Assembly: GCA_000165425.1 (NCBI GenBank)
Contig: CT868058.1
Location: 62,001-126,000, forward strand
Reading direction: 5' to 3'
DNA from: Paramecium tetraurelia
Taxonomy: Eukaryota
DNA length: 64,000 bases
The translations under genes were made by a program, and so were the position numbers. Below are positions 55,197-64,000 of this stretch, one piece after another. Each line of letters begins with the position of its first letter. Position 1 is the stretch's first letter. Under the pieces are notes generated by a model, which did not search any database, was not told where the DNA came from, and saw only the letters and a list, made by a program, of their open reading frames with translations.

Positions 55197-56016
55197 TCAT
55201 TCCAACTTTTTAGTAACAGCAGTTAACAATTATTTTTTTTGTATTTATGACATTGGAAACCTTCTTGAAGAACGTGCTGTTTCTACTAAATTAATCATTT
55301 TATTTGGTGACATAATTTGTTTTTGAGGTGTTTCAGAATCACCTGAATCATCGAATTAAACATTTTTAGATGTCATTAATTCATTGAAATCCTTTAGTAA
55401 TATTTGCATAATACTTCGCATTTTTGCTAAGTATTTTTATTTTTTTAATTTTATTTTTTACTTTTCTTCCTAAATTTATTCTGCAGCTTTATTGTAATGT
55501 TTATGAATTTTTGATGCTTCTTAGTAAAATTTAACTAATGAATTAAGTTCAGTTTAATTTAGAACATGTAAATCATTTTTAATGGTTGATTTAAAGGGTT
55601 CAAGTTCATTATTCATATTTTGTTGAAATTAAGCACAATTATCTTACAACTTAATCATATCATTATCAATTTGTCCTTTGAGATCTCCTTTGATCGAATT
55701 AAATTTTGATTTAATGCATTCAATGCAGTTGTCTAATTCTCCATCCATTTCCTTCTCCAAATCCTATTAAGGCGAGTTGGTAACCTATTGAAATTCAACT
55801 GCATTGATTTATTAAATAGATTCATTCACGAAATCTTTGAATTGAGTGGTTGTTTTTCTAACATGAGAAATGTGATCATCAAGAAAACAATCAGCACAAC
55901 CTAAAATCTCAATAGCCAATACCTATTTTCTTTGGAATAGAGCATTAAGGATCGACACATACATATTTTATGCGTTAAGAATCGTGATTTGGATGTTAGC
56001 AATTAGTGATATCCAT
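55197..56016 (-). CDS. B-box-like Zn-finger plus coiled-coil protein
   Basis: CQHPNH..YVCVDPQC..GCADCFLDDHISH followed by a coiled coil; one 22-nt intron. Confidence 0.75.
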
Positions 56017-56264
56017 AAATTTAATATATTATTCAGCCGCCAATATATTCCCGGCTATTAAATTCAAATTTAGATGCAATTGTCTAATAAAATAAAGCAA
56101 ACTAATTTGCACACATTCTATGTAATTGTATAGGTTTATCAATAAAATAATCTCCAAATCATCGGAGTTCTTAAAGTATAGATTATTATTCTATTCTCAA
56201 TATATTTTATATATAAAATATATATATATTAAAGTTAATTAATCAAAATTATCAATAAAATTGA

Positions 56265-57468
56265 TCAATCATTTTTAGACATATTGAAATGTGCTTTATC
56301 CTCTATTATGGTCGGATTTCATTTTTTTATTGTTTCCTAGATCAATCTCCAATTCAGATTCACTGCTTTCTTAGTCATGTAATTGTTAACTTGATCTCCT
56401 AATGTTTATAACCTAGAGTTGAAATATGAATGTTTAATACATTTGGATTTTTAGTAGGAATGCCCATAATGGGATCTTATTTGTTAGGAACTTTGATAGA
56501 CTTTTTGAAATTGAATTGGTTTAACACTTTTAATTTGGTCACAAAGGCAAAGAATTCTTAAAGAAGTGTATTGTTTATTTAACACTAAGGAGGAGGTTTT
56601 GTAATAGTTTATGTAAATTGATGAAATTGATTGAGATATTCGTAATGTTTGATGCTTTCACAGTAGATCTCATAAAGACTCAAAGTATCGCTATTAGGTA
56701 GAGTAGCATATTAGTCTATGATTTTTTCAATTTCAGTACAAATGAACTTCTGAAATCTCCATACATCAACATACAGAGCTACTTGTATTTCTATTAAATT
56801 TGGATTGTATTGAATCAATATCAACCCTGAATTGATGAGATTTTGTATTTTATAATGCCATAAGAACATTAATTTTGCTTCGATCTGTTCTTTATCAGCC
56901 ACATAGGGATAATTAAGTTTGAGTACAGCTCTGTATAAATCAACGTTAGCAGCCAATTTTTACAAATATACATAACATAATTAAGCATAGATTCTGGCTG
57001 GTTATGCTTTATCTTCAAATTCAGTCAAAATCTTTTGTGATTATTAATTCTTCTATACGTCAGGTTCTGTCTAAGTAGTATACCATTCCTGTTTTTCCAA
57101 TTACACCCATGACATCTTTGTTTCCCTCAACTTAATTGCCACATCTTATATTATTTCATTATATTAAAATTGTTAATGTAAAGCTGCTAATAAATGCACT
57201 ACTTAGACACCTTGAAGATCTTTGGACTTAGTTTCTAAAAACTAGAACAGAAACTCGATATGCTCTACAATATGATTATTTATTATTTACCATCCCTATC
57301 CAACAAATATTAAGCTAAAACTTCACCCTTCTGTTTGAGATCGAGTTTACCGTTGGAAGTAATTATTTAAGCTAATTTCTCTTGTAATTGTTGATTAATG
57401 GGAGTGCTTGAGGCCTAAGTGGTTTGATTAGAGCCAAAAATGGATGTAAATCTAGAAAAAAGTGACAT
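56265..57468 (-). CDS. hypothetical helical protein, possibly ANTH/ENTH-like
   Basis: Open frame with an intron; VVHLLAALHQ helix; the family assignment is tentative. Confidence 0.65.
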
Positions 57469-57612
57469 TTATATAATAATTAATTCGGAACTTATACTTT
57501 AATGAAGTATTTTCAGGTCAACGGTAAGTGATAATTAATGAGCTACATGGGTATATAAGTAGATGGCCATATAAAATGTTTTTATATGTATTTAATGTAA
57601 TATTGTATTGTA

Positions 57613-58250
57613 TCAATAGACATTTCCTTCGAAGGTTTGTTTGAACCATTCAACTGCTTCTTTTTTAGTTACTCTTTGTTATGTGCCCAATTTTGAGTTT
57701 CTTGACTTTCTTTGAGCAACTCTGAGTCCTGGTCTAGACAAGACTACATAGAAGTCCATACCGAAGATACCTATTATTGGTTGTATATGAATAGAATACC
57801 TGTGTATGGATCATATTTCAATCCCAAATCGATGTGTTCTTGAATACCAAATCCGAAGTTTCCTGAATCAGAGAAGTTTCTCTTCTTCAATTCCATTTCC
57901 TTAACTCTCAAACCTCTTACAAGGATATCTCTTGCTTAATCGCCTCTGATGGTGCAAAAGACGGAGATCTTCTCATTTCTTCTGATACCAAATGATCTCA
58001 CGGTATATCTTGCTTTGCCAAAAACAGGCTTTTATCCTGTAAGATCTTCCAAGACTTTAGCAGCCTTAGTCAATTTATCGCCTGATTCACCAGCACAAAT
58101 ATGAACCATCAATTTTTCAATTCTAATTTTTCTCATCACATTCTCTTTAGTTTCTTATGGTTTAGCAACTTTTGCTTATGCTGCTGGCTATTATTTAGCC
58201 TCTGTTTTAGGTTATGCTGCTTTTCCACCCTTTTGAGCTTATTAAGACAT
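57613..58250 (-). CDS. RPL11: 60S ribosomal protein L11 (uL5)
   Basis: [59 protein letters not shown]-rich N-terminal extension. Confidence 0.98.
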
Positions 58251-58375
58251 CTTATTTCCTCAAATTAAAATCAAAAAAAAATCTTTATATTTGAAATATA
58301 AACAGATCGAAGATATTAAACATAATAAATAATTTGTTAATATTATATATGTACTATTCTTTATACTGTAATATA

Positions 58376-59276
58376 TCATTCTTGCTAGACTTATTATTAT
58401 TATTCTTTGTCGACTTCTCCTTGCTTAATAAGATTAAGAGCAGTTTAATCTTCAGCCTAACCCTTTCTTCTGATTTAAGCTGTCTTTGTTCTGTTGGAAT
58501 CGTCATAAAATTCTCTCAATTTTTAAGCTAGAGTTAATTAATTAAACAAATGTACCATCAACCTTGGGTCTCTTGACTAACTTGACTTTTCTCAATGTAA
58601 TGTTTTATAATGGGAAAATAGTTCTGGTGGCTTTTCCGATTTCTTTGGCAAGAACCTCTTGATTGAAGAAACCAAGCAATTAGGTAATTGATTTTTTGGA
58701 GACTTCTCTGAGGACGATTTCGACGATCTTCTTTCTGATGTCCTTGATTTGGCTTCTTTGAGCATATGTAGTTTTTCTTTATTGGTTTTTGATTGACTTT
58801 GTAAATGCAATGACAAAGATTCTGAGGATGTATCCATCTTGAGATCTGGCTTCGACTTAGGTCTAGAGAATGAGATACTAAAATACTTCGATCAAAGTTT
58901 ATCGCTTTTTAATCATACCGAAGATCTTGTCCTTTGTTGAATCAAGACCATAGAAGGAGGTTCTGCATCTTGTACCTTCGACGTCGTCGATAATCAATTT
59001 CACTTTTCTCCATGCCATCTAATCTGATTGTCCTTGGAGGTCAGCCAAAGAGGCCTCGACGACTCTTCCTTTGATGGCTTCGGTGGCCACAACTTAAAAC
59101 TTTAATTATAATCAGGTACCTGTTCCTGCAGATTTATTAATGCAAGTATAGCCAAATCCACCAGCACTGAAGGGCACAGGTGCTGTTAATTCAAACCACT
59201 CCTTTCTGGCCAATGGGTCGATGGTCTTCTTTTATCCCTTCTTCTTTCCTAATTTCTTATTCTTTCCTTGAGTCAT
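58376..59276 (-). CDS. RPS3A: 40S ribosomal protein S3a (eS1)
   Basis: MTQGKNKKLGKKG..DPLARKEWF..APVPF, KGRVVEASLADL; several tiny introns. Confidence 0.97.
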
Positions 59277-59368
59277 GCAAAAAGATTTTGATTTTTTTTA
59301 ATTTTTTCAAAAATTTATTATCCCTCTCATCCCTAGCCCTTAAATAAATATAAATTATTTTATATATT

Positions 59369-59882
59369 ATGAGACAAGATAGTCCTCGCTTCAGAGCAGC
59401 CTTGCTCTATTCCATTGAACAGGAAAGAAGCAAGAAATTGATGGATTTCAATGAACTCCTCAAGGAAAACGAACTCACTTATCTCAAATTCGCATTCAAA
59501 ACTGAAGAAAGATAAGAAAATATTTATATCAAGCAATTTTAAAAGGGCACCAATTTCCAGAGAACAGGTTTCATATTTATTGTAACCTCAAGGGACAATG
59601 AATATTTGTGATCTCTGGTCAAATGCTTAAATCAATAGGTATTTAGATATCTCTAGATTTACCAAAGATAAATTCTTGTTACAAAAATTGGCTAAACAAA
59701 ATAATAAATTCACTTACATTCGTAAACCCAGTCCCTTTTTCTCTTAAACCCCCAGACCTCAACCCGTTGAAAAGAAGGACCTCAAATCTATAATCTCAGA
59801 ATTAAATTCCTTGCACAAAGAAAATAACAAACTACGATCTTAAATTAATCGAAAAATTTATTGTAAAACAGTCTAATTCTGA
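59369..59882 (+). CDS. hypothetical protein
   Basis: ATG to TGA stays in frame after one 25-nt intron. Confidence 0.7.
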
Positions 59883-59899
59883 AAATCTAAGCATATATA

Positions 59900-60253
59900 T
59901 CACACAAATTTCATAAATTTCTTAATCATCTTCATCTACTTTTTATTCAACTCTTTCTTTGAACATTTCTTTTATGCACATTCCAATAATTCTTCTGCTG
60001 CCTCACTCTTTATTTTAACACAATCCTCCGCCTAGGTTCAAAAATATCGATTTACTTCCTTTATTTATTACGCAGTGGGGTTATCTTAAGGAGCACACTC
60101 AGAAATAGCTTCAAAACATTCATAATCTTCAAAGCATTCATTAATTTGAACTCCACATTTTTCGTTTAAACATGCATTATCTTCATCTATAGCTTTATGT
60201 TTCTTTGAGAAACATGCCAGTAGTATCAAGCTGATAAGGAAAATCTTATTCAT
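59900..60253 (-). CDS. small secreted Cys-rich protein (~109 aa)
   Basis: Signal-like MNKIFLISLILLACFS, then 8 Cys in the mature part; one 24-nt intron. Confidence 0.8.
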
Positions 60254-60468
60254 TATTTATATAATGACTCTAAAGATAGTCAATCTTAACTTTAAATAGA
60301 CATTATTATTTTTATTCTATGGAATAATTAACAATTAATAATTTGTATAGAATCTCAAAATAATTGAGTTATAGAATTATTATAATCTTACTAAATATGC
60401 AAATATTATTTAAATTATAATGGGAATTTGCAATTATAATTATATTTTAGATTTATTATATCAAATTA

Positions 60469-61218
60469 ATGCAGGCGACAGTTTAGATTAAACATCTCCA
60501 GTAAGTGCGCAAAGAAATCATGAACTCCAAAAGTTACTCTGAAGAATAGCAACACAAAGATGATTTTGTAAATAATAATTGTTATTAATCCATTTAAGAT
60601 GAGAAAGATGAGACACACATTAGCAAATGGGATCATATCCTCATACAAAGAACTCGTGATTTAAAACCAAATCTATAATTATGACTTCAATGGTTATTTA
60701 ATTTAGAAATACGTAACTTACATGTTTAAATTTATAAATAGAAACGAGGACCTCTTCATCTGGTTTGTGAGAATGGCAGAATTACACTCATTAGGTATTT
60801 TATAGAGAACAACCTATTTGACATTAACGAGATATGCGATGGTCACACTCCTCTGAGTTTGCTATCACTTTATTACATATAAACCCCAGAGAAGTGCACA
60901 TCAACGGAAACTTTGGAATTGATGTTTGCCAAAGGAGCAGATCCCTTATTGTATGTGGATAAAAATGGGAATACTCTAAATGATTACTGTAATATGATTA
61001 AGAAACAGTCAGAAGAACCACTTAACCTTGTTCTGTAGTATATCCAGAATTTCTATTTAAAGAAACAGAGGGAGTAGGCATTGAAGAATGCTATCTTGCT
61101 ATCCATGTGTGATAATCAAAATAATAACAACAATTTAACAAATTTACTGAACATCGACGATATGAAGCAAATTGCATAATATCTAGTTGGTCCCATATAA
61201 TATCAAATTGATTAATGA
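60469..61218 (+). CDS. ankyrin-repeat protein (5' structure uncertain)
   Basis: GPLHLVCENG..LIRYFIE..DINE..GHTPLS..LELMFAKGADP..DKNGNT. Confidence 0.75.
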
Positions 61219-61821
61219 CAATATATTAAAAATAATCAATATATTTTAATTAATAATGATGAATATTTTATATGCATGAACCATGATTGCAAAATATTAC
61301 AATGATAGGCCTGATATTATACTATTGTCTTTTTATTCAATATTTTTAAAATATGAAACTAATTTAAATTGCAATTTTATTGTCATTTTTGACAATTTTA
61401 TTGAGCAAAAGAATTCACCTAAACGAACAGACACAATAATGCATAAGAGAGAAATGTCCAGAATAATTGAAATTATGCTACGATGACATGGCCTGTCAAT
61501 TACAATTAAATAAATGCAGACCCAAAGTCGACAAGCCTCCCAAATAAGGTAGCAAGAGTAAGCCATTCTCAAATGTACTATGTAAGACAAATACTTATCA
61601 ATTATTAGCCTGCCTGAAAAAGAACGATAATTCGTACAATTTGATTGACTGCGCATATTCAAATTGTGAAAAGAGTTCCCAATCATAATTATATGAGTAG
61701 TTATTGAGTAATATTTGATGATTCAAGTGAAAGGTCGAATTATAAGACCCTACATAGACATATAAATAACTTATAAGATCAGAAAGTATAAATTTAAATT
61801 CTGCACATAACATATAAAAAA

Positions 61822-64000
61822 TCAGATCTTTAATTGTTGCAATTCCTCTCTGCTATCTCTATTTTCTATTGGGTACACTTTTATGCTTCCTATACTAGTA
61901 TGATTGATTTGATGATAAGTTTTGATGGTAAGGCTAGGTATTAAAAGATCAGATACTTTTTTGAACTCGGCTAAGCTGTTTGAATGGTCTCTGATTAGAT
62001 TTTGATCCATTTTTCTTTGGCTGCATCAGCTGTTACAGGATTCCGACGATCGTAATCATCATAGAAAGTCAGAAACTTTTCATCATAGGATTCAACAGTA
62101 GCATTATCTATTCCTAATTCCACTATGCATCCACAAATCGATTGAATCGGAACTAAATAATGTAAAGTAGAAAGTCCTAATTGCACCCAAGTAAGGATAT
62201 GTACTTCGCCATAATTAATCCATTCCCAAAACGTACAACCTAACTATTATATTGGATATCAAGGATCGATTACCGAAAAAATCATAAGAATCAATTCTAT
62301 ATAGAAATCTATCATAGCCTCTGCCATAGCACTCCCTGTTGGTGCAGGTTTAGAGTCTCTTCTCAATAGTAGAAATTTCTCAGTCCAATAAATACAAACA
62401 ATAGATCCAAAGGTAAAACATACACCAAGAGGTAACAAAGATGCATAGAGGAATGCTAGCATCAGAGTTTTGGATAGCTGAGCATACTTTTATGATAAGT
62501 CGATTGTAGGACCTTCAAAGGCTCTTGTATTATGATAAATAAAATACTGATTTGCTTCATTTTATGTGTATTTACAATTAGTTCCTTATTTTAAAATTTT
62601 GTTTCTGACATACAATTTGTAAAAGTAATTGACATCAAACAAGAGAGTGAACCATGGAACTATAGAATTAGTAATGAAAATCAACATGATATCAGTATTA
62701 AGACCTCCAATTTACCAAATGGCTTGATTAAGAGTCACAGATTTATCTTTGATCACAAGATTAATAATTAAGGTGAGAATGGCAGTATTAAGAAATTAAG
62801 CTACACCCATTTTGTATGCTACACTTACATTATAGTCCGTTCGAGTAGCTTGTTATTCAAGTTCTACAAATTTAATAATCATTTTTGCGAGTACACTATT
62901 AATGACTGAAATGAGAATTGATGAAGCAATCCCAATGATATTGACTATGATTGAATCAATCAAAGATCCTTCTTCAGTATAGTTGTTGATAATGGATTAA
63001 ATGTAAGATAATCCAAAGAGACATCCGAATCCCAAGATAAGTAGGAATAAGGTCATTCCATTGGTTACTAGAGTTCTTTTATATTATTCCCTAATCGTAA
63101 TACCAAGATTGCCCCAAATGATATCTCCAGGTTCTGGTGCCTTTTTCACGTATAAACTGTTATTGCGATACTTTTGATAATGTTTTTATTCAAATCCCAT
63201 TTATTCAAGTAGAATTTAAAATTTAGTACATTTAAATGTCTTACAAACATTATCGGCCTATCTCTCATAATTGTAGGAGATAACGCATATACCACTAAAA
63301 TCAAATAGATTTTCTTTATGATCTTCCATGTAATCCAATTCTTTAGATATTGTACTTATTTCTGATTCTAATTGCAGTCTTGATGGGATAGATTTAGGAA
63401 TTGACTTGCCCTCGGCTTCTAATTCTAATACTTTTGTTAGTACTGACTCTTTAAGTTATTTCTACTTGTTCAACTTTAGGTAAGGTTGTATTTCATATGC
63501 AATGCACAATTTCCTCAATTCCACAGTTTCATTTTAGAAGGTTTGTGTGAAGAAGTGATTTAGCTCATTTTCCTTTGCATCTCTAGGAATGTTTTCTACA
63601 AAGATTGAATAATCAGACGCCAAGATGGCTGCGTCATCCAATTCCATAGCTATTTTATTGATGTGTCTCCTGTAAAATAGAGTGGTGAATAGGATGCAAA
63701 TAAGAGATATGAAATTCAATAGGCTTCGAACATTGTCCAACTATCTAAAAGTAGTGATAAACATTTACCCGTCATCGTTGGTAAGAGAAAATTAGTTGAA
63801 AAAATTTAACTAACATTTGTCTGTTCTACTATCGTCTAGATTATCACACCTGTGTCCTTGGATGTTGATGTATATGTTATATCCACAGCATATAGCTCTG
63901 CATTAATTGCAATATTGTACATATACTAAAATATGATGACACCAGAGAAGACAAGGAAATCAAAATATAATGCTATTCCAGAACCATTGAAACTGAATTC
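61822..64000 (-). CDS. OSCA/TMEM63-TMC-like multi-TM ion channel (5' partial)
   Basis: SDYSIFVENIP, KAPEPGDIIWGNL, multiple TM segments, YWTEKFLLLRR. Confidence 0.85.

Noticed and set aside
57480..57600. Possible snoRNA between RPL11 and the next gene
   Set aside because: No paired C/D boxes or H/ACA layout could be identified.
61270..61815. Overlapping ORF-track calls on both strands
   Set aside because: No coherent gene under the ciliate code; probably decayed sequence.

Overview
AT-rich, very gene-dense ciliate DNA, almost certainly Paramecium and probably macronuclear. Genes read only with the ciliate code (TAA/TAG=Gln, TGA=stop) and carry tiny 22-30 nt GT..AG introns, so the supplied standard-code ORF track is fragmentary. 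All gene models were translated by hand and none were database-checked. About 35 genes are visible: REX1-like exonuclease, PG-repeat axonemal protein, gamma-carbonic anhydrase, CNBD K+ channel, PP2C, Ulp1 protease, a large Virilizer/VIRMA-like gene, three tandem Zn-finger/coiled-coil/TLDc genes, VAP, two tandem TmcB-like PAS membrane proteins, beta-adaptin, QCR6 hinge, two CFAP73/CCDC42-like paralogs, RPL11, RPS3A, an ankyrin protein and an OSCA/TMC-like channel. The most notable feature is the TLDc array: it is a mosaic of shared tracts, its amino-acid changes cluster in two short segments, and it carries truncated copies of the VAP 5' end. Also notable are the VIRMA-like gene, a probable conversion tract between the PAS paralogs, a paralog-specific intron, a TBC pseudogene and a cluster of single-base lesions at 46.9-51.3 kb. 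No rRNA, tRNA, transposase, telomere or convincing IES was seen.
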